Assembly: GCA_963705105.1 (NCBI GenBank)
Contig: CAVPIW010000006.1
Location: forward strand, 1,024,001 to 1,088,000
Direction of reading: 5' to 3'
DNA length: 64,000 bases
DNA from: an uncultured Nitrospiraceae bacterium
GTDB lineage: Bacteria; Nitrospirota; Thermodesulfovibrionia; Thermodesulfovibrionales; Dissulfurispiraceae
The notes below the pieces were generated by a model. It was not told where the DNA came from and ran no database searches. It saw nothing but the letters and a program-made list of their open reading frames with translations. A program made the position numbers and the translations under genes. Below, one piece after another: positions 39,597 to 49,341 of this stretch; position 1 is the stretch's first letter, and every line of letters starts with the position of its first letter.

Positions 39597-40699
39597 ATGA
39601 CCTCTTTCACGAGCCGGTTGACGAGGCGGGCGACGGAAAGGCAGGCTGTCAGCCCCGGCGACTCCATGCCGACGAGGTTGATGAACCCGTCCAATCCCCT
39701 GTCAGCCTCATGCATGATGACGAAGTCTTTCGTCCCTTCACCGGCGATCTTCGGCCGGACTCCGGCCATGTCGGGGATGAGGGCTTCACGGTCGAGTCCG
39801 CTGATGATCCGAGATGCGCCGTCGAAAAAGGCATCCCTTCTGGCCGGGTCGACCCGGTAATCGACGTCGTCGACATATTCAACATCGGGGCCGAACCGGA
39901 GCCTCCCCTTGAGATCGAGCGTCGCGTGGACACCGAGACCCATGAGGTCGGTGTGCGGGACAGGATAGACGAGTCTCGTCACGGGAGAAGGTTTTTCGTA
40001 GGAAAAGTAGGAACCCTTGCAATAGCGCAGGCGGTATCCCGCGTCGTCGACATCCATGCCTGCAAGCGCAGCGACCCTGTCCGACTGCAGGCCGGCGGCG
40101 TTGACGACGACGGCCGACCGGAACCGGTAGTTCTCCTCCTCGAGGCCGAGGATATATCCGTCTCCTGTCTTTTCGATCGAGGAAAGGGTGCTGTTGAAGG
40201 AGAAGAGCACTCCGCCGGCAGAGGCGCGGTGATAGAGATCCGCCATGAGGGAGTGCGAATCGACGATGCCCGTCCACGGCGAGAAGATGGCGGTGACGCA
40301 CCGCACAGCGGGCTCATCGGACCGGACGTCTCTTCCGTCACGCATCACGACATCGTCCACCCCGTTTTTCAGGGCAGTGCTGAAAAGCGATTCAAGGCAC
40401 CCCCTCTCACCCTCTTCCGTCGCAACGATGTATTTGCCGAGGCGGGCATGGGGAATCCCCGCATCCCGGCATCGCTGATAGAGGAGCGCAGCTCCCTCGA
40501 CGCAGAGGGAGGCCTTCAGGGAGCCCGGCGGATAATAGATGCCCGAGTGGATGACTTCGCTGTTGCGGCTGCTCGTCTCCCGGCCGAAGGCATCGTGACG
40601 CTCGAGCACGACGATGTCACCGCCGTCTCCGGCGAGTTCAGCGGCGACGGCGAGACCGATGACACCGGCCCCTATGATCGTTATGTCGATTCTATCCAT
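39593..40699 (-). CDS. FAD-dependent oxidoreductase, L-2-hydroxyglutarate oxidase (LhgO)-like
   Basis: IIGAGVIG, ETSSRNSEVIHSGIYY, GLGVH, ESPGLT. Confidence 0.88.
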   Translation of the reverse strand: MDRIDITIIGAGVIGLAVAAELAGDGGDIVVLERHDAFGRETSSRNSEVIHSGIYYPPGSLKASLCVEGAALLYQRCRDAGIPHARLGKYIVATEEGERGCLESLFSTALKNGVDDVVMRDGRDVRSDEPAVRCVTAIFSPWTGIVDSHSLMADLYHRASAGGVLFSFNSTLSSIEKTGDGYILGLEEENYRFRSAVVVNAAGLQSDRVAALAGMDVDDAGYRLRYCKGSYFSYEKPSPVTRLVYPVPHTDLMGLGVHATLDLKGRLRFGPDVEYVDDVDYRVDPARRDAFFDGASRIISGLDREALIPDMAGVRPKIAGEGTKDFVIMHEADRGLDGFINLVGMESPGLTACLSVARLVNRLVKEVM

Positions 40700-40717
40700 G
40701 GCGAAAACACAGTATAA

Positions 40718-40917
40718 CCTTGTAGCCGTATGAAAAGGCCGGGCAAAGCGCCTCAAAGCCTCGCTGATAGCGAGCATAATTGTTTATTATTGGTGTATCA
40801 GAATCATCCCCTGTGTCATAGACCTTCTGCCTGAAATGGTCTGTATGGGAAGGCAACGGTTTCGCAGCACCGAGGCTTTTCGGCGCATACACCCCGCCTT
40901 TCCGCGGAACGACGAGG
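40718..40917 (+). mobile_element. MITE copy (subfamily 2), right end partly deleted
   Basis: ccttgtagccgtatgaaaaggccgggcaaagcgcctcaaagcc...tatgggaaggcaacgg...ccccgcctttcc. Confidence 0.75.
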
Positions 40918-40971
40918 TGTAACACGTAACCCGCAACGCGTAACTCGAAACTTGCAACTTGTCTTTCACAC

Positions 40972-41898
40972 TCACACTGTCACTTTCTTTATCTTGAGCT
41001 TCCCAAGGTCCATGACGCCGAGCCCCGCGGCGGCGCCCTTCTTCACGTACCCGAGATTGGCCCCCTTGAGGCCGAAGAGGGTTGCCCCGTAGGCGTCGAC
41101 TGCTACCTGGTCGACACCGGCAATGACCGTGTCGAGCTTCCGCACGTCCCTCAGGTCTCCCCCCTGCGGACCGTTCGCCGTGAGTATCCTGACGGCGTCA
41201 AGCACCGTCAGTGCCGGCTTGACAAATCGGGCGAGATCCACGAGGTTCTCATCAATTCTCTGGTGAATCTGGCCTCTCCTGCCGCCCATGATCCCCATCC
41301 AGTTCTTCATCGCCAGGGTGAGCCCGGCGAGGCTATGGTGCTTCGCCACCGGCACGTTGATCACTTTGTCGGCCTCGAAGACCTCCGTATAAAGGGGCCA
41401 CGACTTGAGGGTCTCGCCCCTGAGACTCATGTCTTTGAATTTCCGGTCGTCGATGAACGACACCTCGGCGCCCGCCTTTTGCGCGGCGTCGATAATGCCG
41501 CTCTGTTTGTAGCATCTCCTCGGGTCGTTCACCGTCCTGTCGAAGACCTTCACCTTTTTCGCTCCCGCCTCGTAACAGAGGGCGACGATCGTGGCGACCA
41601 CCTCGGGATTCGTGTTCGCAGCCTGTTCCGGTGTCCTGTCCCAGCCGATGTTCGGCTTGACGACGACGATATCGCCCTTCGAAACGTACTTCCCTATCCC
41701 GCCCGCCGCGTCGATGGCAGCCCTCGTGGTCTTCGCCGGCGACGAGCCGCCGGCAACGGCAAGGTCGACTTTCTCAGCGCCTTCGACGTCTCCGATGATC
41801 CCGCCGGGAATCCTCCAGCTCAGGGGCACGGCGATGCCCGCCGCTGCGGCAAATCTTAGAAAATCCCGTCTTTTCATGGTCAACTCCTTACCGGACAT
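40972..41898 (-). CDS. DUF362 protein with Tat signal
   Basis: KRRDFL, VVKPNIGW, NVPVAKHH, MKNWMG, NGPQGG. Confidence 0.88.
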   Translation of the reverse strand: MSGKELTMKRRDFLRFAAAAGIAVPLSWRIPGGIIGDVEGAEKVDLAVAGGSSPAKTTRAAIDAAGGIGKYVSKGDIVVVKPNIGWDRTPEQAANTNPEVVATIVALCYEAGAKKVKVFDRTVNDPRRCYKQSGIIDAAQKAGAEVSFIDDRKFKDMSLRGETLKSWPLYTEVFEADKVINVPVAKHHSLAGLTLAMKNWMGIMGGRRGQIHQRIDENLVDLARFVKPALTVLDAVRILTANGPQGGDLRDVRKLDTVIAGVDQVAVDAYGATLFGLKGANLGYVKKGAAAGLGVMDLGKLKIKKVTV

Positions 41899-43845
41899 TT
41901 ATAACGCGTTCCGGTCCCGCTCTATCGGTCTGTACTCAAGGACCTCGGTGCTGATCATCTCCCGCGATCCGAAGAGGTATCCGTACCACCTTGTGAGCAT
42001 GTCCGTCAGGGCCACAACGGCGAGGGCGACCATGAGGACGATAAGAAAAGCGTCGACGCGATAATGGATCGATGCGGAGAGTGATGCCGCCCCTGCAGCC
42101 TTGTCCCGGAAGATCCGGAAGAGCTCCCACGAGGCGGTGAATGTGGTCGCGAACATGAAGCACATGGGGATAAAGGTCGTCCAGGCATACCGGAGCTTTC
42201 CCGATTTGATGATAACAGTCGTGCCGACGCCGAGGGCGATGGCCGACAGGAGCTGGTTCGACACGCCGAACATGGGCCAGATCGCCCCGATGTTGCCGGA
42301 ATAGATGAGGTAGCCCCAGGCGGCGACGACGGCCAGGCTCGTCGCGACGATACCCGGGATCCAGCCCTGCCGTGTCACCGGTTTCCAGACATGGCCCACC
42401 AGATCCTGGAGCAGGAAGCGGGCAACCCTCGTTCCCGTGTCGACGGTGGTCAGGATGAAAAGGGCCTCGAACATGAGTGCGAAGTTGTACCAATACGCCA
42501 TGAGCGTCTTCATGCCCGGGATGTTCGACAGGATAGAGGCCATGCCGACGGCCAGGGAGACGGCGCCGCCCGGCCTGCCCGCAACATTCGTCCCGACGAG
42601 TGCCGACAATTCGGCGATCTTCCCGGGCGGAAAGCCCAGGGCGGCTATCTTTTCGGGAGTGAGGGCCGTATTGATGGCGAAGTAGTCCCCAGGGATGAGG
42701 ATCGTCGCCGCAATGAGGGCCATGACGGAAACAAAGCCCTCGACGAGCATCGCCCCGTAGCCGATGAGGGGAATGTCCCTCTCGGAGCGGATCATCTTCG
42801 GCGTCGTCCCCGATGAAATGAGGGAATGAAAGCCCGATATGGCGCCGCAGGCGATGGTGATGAACATGAAGGGAAAGAGCTTGCCGGGGATGACGGGCCC
42901 CCCTCCGTGGATGAAGGGCGTGAATGCCGGCATCTGGATCGTCGGCGCCATGAAAAAGACGCCGCAGGCGAGGAGCAGCATCGTTCCGATCTTCATGTAC
43001 GTCGACAGGTAGTCCCTCGGGCAGAGGAGCATCCAGACGGGGAGTACCGACGCGACAAAACCATAGGCGGCAATGGCCACGACGAGGCCGTTTTTCGGGA
43101 GGCTGAACCAGGGCTCCAGGGATGAGCCGGGAATGTAGTGGCCCGCAAAGACGGCGGCAAGAAGGAGGACCACGCCGATGACGCTCACTTCGCCGACTCT
43201 GCCCGGCCTGATGCGATAGAGATAGAGGCCCATGAAAAGAGCGATGGGGATCGTTGTGGCGATGCTGAAAGTACCCCAGGGACTCTCGGCGAGGGCGTTG
43301 ACGACAGCGAGGCCCAATCCCGCGAGGGCGACGATAATGATGAAGAGAACTGCCAGGGACGCAGCCATGCCGCCGACAGGACCGATCTCATCCTTGGCGA
43401 TCCGGGCGAGGGACCGGCCGTTTCTTCTCACCGAAGCGGCGAGGATGACCATATCGTGCACGGCGCCTGCCATGACGGACCCGATGAGTATCCAGAGAAG
43501 GCCCGGCAGGTAGCCGAACTGCGCAGCGAGCATCGGGCCGATGAGCGGCCCTGCTCCGGCAATGGCGGCGAAGTGGTGGCCGAAGAGGATCCAGCGGTTC
43601 GTGGGGTGGAAGTCCATGCCGTCTCGGAGGCGCAGAGCCGGTGTCGCATGGCTTTCATTCAGGGAGAAGACCCGGGCTGCGAGGAAGGTGCCGTAGAAGC
43701 GGTAGGCGATGGCGTAGATGCAAGCCATGGCGACGATGATCCAGAGGGCGTTCACCTTCTCGCCGGGATTGACGAGCCCCGTCACGATCGACAGCGCAAG
43801 GGCGGCGACTAATGCGACGATGATCCAGAACAGGCGCCTCAGCAT
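41899..43845 (-). CDS. cstA: Carbon starvation protein A family transporter
   Basis: FGHHFAAIAGAGPLIGP, PRDYLS, FITIACGAISGFHSL, IWPMFGVSNQL. Confidence 0.95.
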   Translation of the reverse strand: MLRRLFWIIVALVAALALSIVTGLVNPGEKVNALWIIVAMACIYAIAYRFYGTFLAARVFSLNESHATPALRLRDGMDFHPTNRWILFGHHFAAIAGAGPLIGPMLAAQFGYLPGLLWILIGSVMAGAVHDMVILAASVRRNGRSLARIAKDEIGPVGGMAASLAVLFIIIVALAGLGLAVVNALAESPWGTFSIATTIPIALFMGLYLYRIRPGRVGEVSVIGVVLLLAAVFAGHYIPGSSLEPWFSLPKNGLVVAIAAYGFVASVLPVWMLLCPRDYLSTYMKIGTMLLLACGVFFMAPTIQMPAFTPFIHGGGPVIPGKLFPFMFITIACGAISGFHSLISSGTTPKMIRSERDIPLIGYGAMLVEGFVSVMALIAATILIPGDYFAINTALTPEKIAALGFPPGKIAELSALVGTNVAGRPGGAVSLAVGMASILSNIPGMKTLMAYWYNFALMFEALFILTTVDTGTRVARFLLQDLVGHVWKPVTRQGWIPGIVATSLAVVAAWGYLIYSGNIGAIWPMFGVSNQLLSAIALGVGTTVIIKSGKLRYAWTTFIPMCFMFATTFTASWELFRIFRDKAAGAASLSASIHYRVDAFLIVLMVALAVVALTDMLTRWYGYLFGSREMISTEVLEYRPIERDRNAL

Positions 43846-43879
43846 ACGTTATTATTACCGCCCCCAGCGCCGGTCTGTC

Positions 43880-44226
43880 AAATACATAAGGACAGTGTGC
43901 GTGTCAGTGTCAGTGTCTGTGTCTGTGAAAAGAAATACATAAGGACAGTGTGAGTGTCAGTGTCTGTGTCTGTGAAAAGAAACACTCGGGTTGCAGGGTA
44001 TGAGCCATAAAGGACAGAATACAGCAGTCAGTAGTCAGGCTACTGCAGAACTGCAAGTTAGACAAAGGGTTATCGATTATCTGCAGATTATCACAACTCG
44101 GAACCCGGGACTCGCAACCCGTTGAATCTCTATTCTCCAATCTCTGATCTCTCTCTGTGCCCTCTGTGGCTAATCTTAGTTTGTCGTGTCTGTCGTGCCT
44201 TGCGCTCTTTGCGACTTGCGTGAGGC
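43880..44226. repeat. Mosaic of short repeats: ~50-bp tandem duplication with (CAGTGT)n, then 7-mer and 9-mer tracts
   Basis: 43880-43932 ~ 43933-43979; cagtcagtagtcag; ctctgtgccctctgtgg; ttgcgctctttgcgacttgcgtgag. Confidence 0.75.
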
Positions 44227-44312
44227 GTTCTTTCGTATCGGAAGCTGTCGCGGTGTCAGTGAATGGAAAAGGCGGAGTTGCGCCGATGCGGTCCATATGA
44301 TATAGTGTTTCC

Positions 44313-45011
44313 ATGCCCCGTTTCCGGCAGAAATCCAGCCACGGCCAGCTGCGGCTGTTTCCGTACCACGATGAGGGGACTCTCCGGGAGTTCCTGGAGC
44401 GCCTGTCCGGAAAGCCCGTGAACCTCGCCCTGACCGATAACATCTCAAGCATGCTTTCTATCAGGCAGAAGGGACACGGGGTCACGGTGAGACTTCAGAA
44501 GATCTTCCTCTATGCCGGTCCCGACGTCCTTGTCGAGATCGGGACGCTCATCAGACACGGCAGGGGAAAGAGGGACCGACTGCGCGGATTCATCGAGGAG
44601 AACAGCCGCCTCATGGTGTCCCGGACCAAGGCGATGGAGACGATACGCACGAGAGGACGGCACCATGATCTGAAGGCGCTTTTCGACCGTCTCAATCGTG
44701 ACTATTTCGATGGCCGGATACGGTCCGTCATCACCTGGGCGCCGGGAAAAAACTTGCGCTCCGCCCGGAAACGCACCCTCGGGAGCTACATCAGGACGAC
44801 CGACACGATCCGCATCAATCCCGTCCTTGACAGGAAGTCCATCCCGCGTTACGTCATCGAGTTCATCATCTACCATGAGATGCTCCATGCGGACATGGGA
44901 GTCACCGTGACGAAGGGCCGCCGCATCGTCCATTCCGTTGAATTCAAAAGGCGCGAGAGACTTTTTCACGATTACGAGCGGGTCATCGAATGGGAGCGCA
45001 AACCTTTGTGA
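44313..45011 (+). CDS. SprT-like zinc metalloprotease domain protein
   Basis: LNRDYFDG, LGSY, IRINPVLD, YHEMLH, H..EF. Confidence 0.8.
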   Translation: MPRFRQKSSHGQLRLFPYHDEGTLREFLERLSGKPVNLALTDNISSMLSIRQKGHGVTVRLQKIFLYAGPDVLVEIGTLIRHGRGKRDRLRGFIEENSRLMVSRTKAMETIRTRGRHHDLKALFDRLNRDYFDGRIRSVITWAPGKNLRSARKRTLGSYIRTTDTIRINPVLDRKSIPRYVIEFIIYHEMLHADMGVTVTKGRRIVHSVEFKRRERLFHDYERVIEWERKPL

Positions 45012-45021
45012 AGGAGGAGAT

Positions 45022-46014
45022 GTGAAGATTCTCATAACGGGCGGCGCCGGTTTCATCGGCAGCGAATTCGTGCGCCAGGGGGTGAGCAAGGGTCACCGGG
45101 TCATCGTCATCGACAAGCTCACCTACGCGGCTGACATGGAGAGGCTCGGCGAATGCGAGGGGAACGTAGAGTTCTACCGCGCCGATGTGACGAACCGGGA
45201 CCTCGTCGATCACGTCTTCGTTCGCGAAAAACCGGATGTCGTCGTCCACTGGGCTGCCGAGAGCCACGTCGACCGCAGCATACTCGACGCCGCTCCCTTC
45301 ATCGAAGCGAACGTCAGGGGGACCCAGGTGCTCCTCGACGTCGCAAAGGAGCGCGGCGTGGGCGTCTTCGTCAACATCGCCACCGATGAGGTTTACGGAG
45401 AACTTGGAGAGGACGGTCAATTCACTGAGGATTCCCCGTTGGAGCCGAACTCTCCCTACTCCGTCAGCAAGGCCTCGGCCGATATGCTCGGACGGGCCTA
45501 TCAAAGGACTTTCGGCCTGCCTGTCATCACCGTCAGGCCGTCAAACAATTACGGGCCCTGGCAGTATCCTGAGAAGCTCATCCCCGTCGTGATCCTCAAG
45601 GCTCTCAGGGGAGAGCGTATCCCCGTCTACGGCAAGGGCCTCAACGTGAGGGAGTGGCTCTATGTCTCGGACTGCGCCGAGGCCGTTTTCCGGGTCATCG
45701 GGCGGGGCAAGGCGGGAGATGTCTTCAATGTCGGCAGCGGCGAAGAGCGGAGAAACATCGATGTCGTCACGGCCATCCTGAGGCTCCTGAACAAACCGGA
45801 GGACCTCATCGAATTCGTCAAGGACCGTCCCGGTCACGATTTCCGGTATTCGCTGAGCGTGGAAAAGATATACGGGGAGACGGGATGGCGCGCCTCCGTC
45901 GGCTTTGACGAAGGCATCTCGAAGACCGTTTCCTGGTATCTCGACCACATGACCTGGGTCGAGGAGAAGCTCGCCTATCTCAGAGACTACTGGGCGAAGG
46001 TCTACAGGCCGTGA
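45022..46014 (+). CDS. rfbB: dTDP-glucose 4,6-dehydratase
   Basis: GTG after GGAGG; TGGAGFIGS, AAESHVDRSI, TDEVYG, YSVSK, DRPGHD. Confidence 0.95.
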   Translation: MKILITGGAGFIGSEFVRQGVSKGHRVIVIDKLTYAADMERLGECEGNVEFYRADVTNRDLVDHVFVREKPDVVVHWAAESHVDRSILDAAPFIEANVRGTQVLLDVAKERGVGVFVNIATDEVYGELGEDGQFTEDSPLEPNSPYSVSKASADMLGRAYQRTFGLPVITVRPSNNYGPWQYPEKLIPVVILKALRGERIPVYGKGLNVREWLYVSDCAEAVFRVIGRGKAGDVFNVGSGEERRNIDVVTAILRLLNKPEDLIEFVKDRPGHDFRYSLSVEKIYGETGWRASVGFDEGISKTVSWYLDHMTWVEEKLAYLRDYWAKVYRP

Positions 46015-46856
46015 AATACCTCATTATCGGACATAAAGGTCAGCTCGGCAGTGAGTTCGTCAGGACCCTGAGCCTCCGGGGAGCCTCCTTCGCCGCGGCA
46101 GACTGCGATGCATGCGACGCCGGCGACCTCGACGCCGTCCTGTCCCTCATCGGCGCCGCCAGGCCGACGCACATCATCAATTGCAGCGCCTACAACCAGG
46201 TCGACGTCGCTGAAGAGCGCTTCGACCTCGCCTTCCGGACAAACGCGACAGGGGCCAGGAACCTCGCCTACGGAGCGAGAAAGCACGGCGCCTTCCTCGT
46301 CCATTACAGCACCGACTATGTCTTCGACGGGACCAAGGAGACGGGTCTCTACGGTGAAGACGACACCCCCAACCCGCTGAACGCATACGGCAGAAGCAAA
46401 TACCTCGGCGAGCTCGCGGTGCGGGATGAGACGGACAGGGCGCTCGTCCTCCGGTTGAGCTGGGTCTTCGGGGAGGGAACGCAGAACTTCATATACAAGG
46501 TCCGCCAGTGGGCCGGGCAGAACGACCGCCTCCGCATCTCCGCCGACGAGGTCTCCGTCCCGACTGCGACCTCAACGGTCGTCGACGTGACCATGAAGGC
46601 CCTCGACGGCGGACTCTCGGGCCTCTTCCACCTCACGAATTCAGGGTACGCGTCCCGCTACGAGTGGGCCCGGCGGATCATCGGCCTGCTGGGGCTGAAA
46701 ACGCTCGTCTTTCCCATCTCATCCGATGTCTTCAACCTGCCGGCGAAGAGGCCGAAGTTCTCGGCCATGAGCAACGAGGCGATCTCAGGGGAGCTCTCCC
46801 TCTCGATCCCGCACTGGGAAGAGGCACTCAAAGCGCACCTCGCACGCCGTGATTAG
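46011..46856 (+). CDS. rfbD: dTDP-4-dehydrorhamnose reductase
   Basis: GHKGQLG, STDYVFDG, YGRSK, AKRP. Confidence 0.95.
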   Translation: MKYLIIGHKGQLGSEFVRTLSLRGASFAAADCDACDAGDLDAVLSLIGAARPTHIINCSAYNQVDVAEERFDLAFRTNATGARNLAYGARKHGAFLVHYSTDYVFDGTKETGLYGEDDTPNPLNAYGRSKYLGELAVRDETDRALVLRLSWVFGEGTQNFIYKVRQWAGQNDRLRISADEVSVPTATSTVVDVTMKALDGGLSGLFHLTNSGYASRYEWARRIIGLLGLKTLVFPISSDVFNLPAKRPKFSAMSNEAISGELSLSIPHWEEALKAHLARRD

Positions 46857-46875
46857 CCCAAAGTTCCACCATTAA

Positions 46876-47043
46876 CTTTGTCGTTGCATAGAAAGGCGGG
46901 GCGAAACGCTCTGAAAAACAGTGTCAGTGACAGTGTGAGTGTCAGTAAAGGTTCATTTTTTCAACAGTCGGTATGGTGTCGCCGCAGCAAGGTTTTCGGC
47001 GCATACGCCCCGCCTTTCCCGGGAGTGTATTGCAACGATAAGG
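46876..47043 (+). mobile_element. MITE copy, near-TSD TTAA/TTCA
   Basis: ctttgtcgttgca...tgcaacgataagg. Confidence 0.85.
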
Positions 47044-47054
47044 TTCAGTTTTGC

Positions 47055-47231
47055 CACAGAGGTCACAGAGTAAAGACGGTTCAAGGTCCAAGGTCTACGG
47101 TTTAAGGTAAAAGACCTATCGCCGGAAATTAGAGATTCATGCCGTGGACCGTATACCGTGCACCTTGCACCGTTCCAAACAACCCGCAACTTCTTTTGCA
47201 GTTCTGTGCGCTCTTTGCGGCTTTGCGTGAG
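47055..47231. repeat. Inverted heptamer arrays and nonamer repeats
   Basis: cacagaggtcacagag; acggttcaaggtccaaggtctacggtttaagg vs ccgtggaccgtataccgtgcaccttgcaccgt; ctttgcggctttgcgtgag. Confidence 0.7.
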
Positions 47232-47253
47232 ACTGCGATTCGGGGCTTTTGCT

Positions 47254-49341
47254 TTACTGCCTGAGTTGTCCCTGAGTCTTTTCGAGGATGTAGGTGACGA
47301 GGCTGTTGTGGAGGACTTCCACTTCGTCGTCGGTGAGGGTCCGCTCGGGCGAGCGGTACCGGACTGTGAAGGCGAGGCTCTTCTTGCCCGCCGGGATCGA
47401 TCCGCCCTGGAAAACGTCGAAGAGCGTCATGTCCTCGATGAGGTCCGACGGGTATGCGGCGAGCATCTGCATGACCGCTGCCGATTCGAGCGAGGTATCG
47501 ACGATGATCGCCGTATCGCGGTCGACAAAGGGATATTTCGGGATCTGCCTGTATTGCACGACCTGCATGGCATAGGGCACAAGGGCGTCCACGTCGAGTT
47601 CGAGCACGAGAAAGGCCGGCTTTTGCGCTTTGATGTCGAGCTTCTCCACCAGCTCCGGTGACAGCACCCCCAGGAAGCCCGCCTTTTCTCCCTGCACGAG
47701 GATGTCGGCCGACTGCCCCGGGTGGAGGAAAGGCTCCCCGGACCGCTTGAAGGTGCATCCCGTTATCCTGAGGTCTGCAAGGATCGCCTCGACGACGCCC
47801 TTCAGGATAAAAAAGTCCGGAGTCTGATCCGGATAGAGCGATCTCGTTTTCTCGCGGTAGTACAGCACGGCGAGGTGCTCCTTCTCATCCGGCAGGCGGT
47901 TTTCCTCCGTTTTAGAGAACGCCCTGGCCATTTCGAAGAGCTTCAGGTCCCTGTTGCCATGGGCGAGATTGTGCATCAGGTTTCTCAGGAGCGCCGGGAC
48001 GAGGGTAGTGCGCATATAGGCATCCTCCACCCTGAGGGGATTCCTGACCTCGATGAGGCTGCGCCGCCGGTCTTCCTGCGCGATCCCCAGGAGATCGAGG
48101 TCCTGGGCCCCCATGAAGCTGAAGTTGATCGCCTCCGTAAAGCCCGCCATCAGGAGCGCCTTGCGGATGTGCCGTTTCACCGCCTCCCTGCCGTACTTTC
48201 CCTCGTCGGGCTCTTCGATCCCGAGGGTCGCTTCAGGGAGAACGGCGGGGATCCTGTCGTATCCGTACATCCTCGCCACCTCTTCGATGACGTCGGCGTC
48301 CCTCTTCATGTCCCTCCGGTACGCCGGTGGCCTGACACGGCAGTGATCACCCAGGTCTTCTATCTCGAGTCCGAGACCTTCAAGGCACCGGAGAATCTCT
48401 CTCCTGCCCAGTTCGAGGCCGAGGATCCTGTTGACCTTCTCGTAGCGGACGTCTATCTCGACGGGAACGAATCTCCTGGGGTAGATGTCGATCTTGCCGT
48501 GGATCGATCCCTTTCCGACCTGCTGCATGAGCAGTGCAGCCCTGTCGAGGGCCTTCTTGAGGAGCCTGATGTCCGTGCCCCGTTCGAAGCGGTAGGAAGA
48601 CTCGGTCCTGAGGCCCAGGGCCTTGGAGGTACGCCTGATCGAGGCGGGCTCGAAATGGGCACTCTCGATGAGCACGTCGACGGTATTCTCCGTCACCTCC
48701 GTGTCCCTGCCCCCCATGATGCCCGCCACGGCAACGGTCCTCTCGCCGTCGCAGATGAGGAGACCATCTTTCGGGATCTCCCGCTCCGTGCCATCGAGCG
48801 TCGTGAAGAGGACACATCCTTCAAGGCCGAAGACGCTCTTCGCAGTCCCGACTCGTATGCGGTGGCCCCTGAGCGTGCGGAGGTCGAAGGCATGGAGAGG
48901 ATGCCCGAATTCGAGGAGGACATAGTTCGTCACATCGACGATGTTGTTGAGGGACCGGATGCCGCACTTCTCGATCCTCTTTCTCACCCACTCCGGCGAC
49001 GGGCCGACCTTCAGGTTCTTGACGATCCGCCCGGCGTAGCGGTTGCACAGGTCGGGATCGAGGATGTCCACATTGAAGTCGAGCTCCGAAATCTCAGGGG
49101 CGATCGCGTGTTCGGGAATGGCGTGGGGAATGCCGTACGATGCGGAGACCTCCCGGGCGATGCCGAGGACGCTCAGGCAGTCCGGCCTGTTCGGGGTGAC
49201 GTTCACCTCGAGGACGATATCGTCATCAACGGGATCGAGGCCTTCCACCTCGAAGCCGATCATGGTCAGGCGCTCCGCCACCTCTTCGGCCGATGCCCTG
49301 ACAGGGACAATCGATGTGAGCCACTCGAAGGGAACGCGCAT
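47254..49341 (-). CDS. pheT: Phenylalanyl-tRNA synthetase beta subunit (short form)
   Basis: TPNRPDCLS, VDVTNYV, SSYRFERG, IEEVARMYGY, FDX-ACB tail. Confidence 0.96.
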   Translation of the reverse strand: MRVPFEWLTSIVPVRASAEEVAERLTMIGFEVEGLDPVDDDIVLEVNVTPNRPDCLSVLGIAREVSASYGIPHAIPEHAIAPEISELDFNVDILDPDLCNRYAGRIVKNLKVGPSPEWVRKRIEKCGIRSLNNIVDVTNYVLLEFGHPLHAFDLRTLRGHRIRVGTAKSVFGLEGCVLFTTLDGTEREIPKDGLLICDGERTVAVAGIMGGRDTEVTENTVDVLIESAHFEPASIRRTSKALGLRTESSYRFERGTDIRLLKKALDRAALLMQQVGKGSIHGKIDIYPRRFVPVEIDVRYEKVNRILGLELGRREILRCLEGLGLEIEDLGDHCRVRPPAYRRDMKRDADVIEEVARMYGYDRIPAVLPEATLGIEEPDEGKYGREAVKRHIRKALLMAGFTEAINFSFMGAQDLDLLGIAQEDRRRSLIEVRNPLRVEDAYMRTTLVPALLRNLMHNLAHGNRDLKLFEMARAFSKTEENRLPDEKEHLAVLYYREKTRSLYPDQTPDFFILKGVVEAILADLRITGCTFKRSGEPFLHPGQSADILVQGEKAGFLGVLSPELVEKLDIKAQKPAFLVLELDVDALVPYAMQVVQYRQIPKYPFVDRDTAIIVDTSLESAAVMQMLAAYPSDLIEDMTLFDVFQGGSIPAGKKSLAFTVRYRSPERTLTDDEVEVLHNSLVTYILEKTQGQLRQ

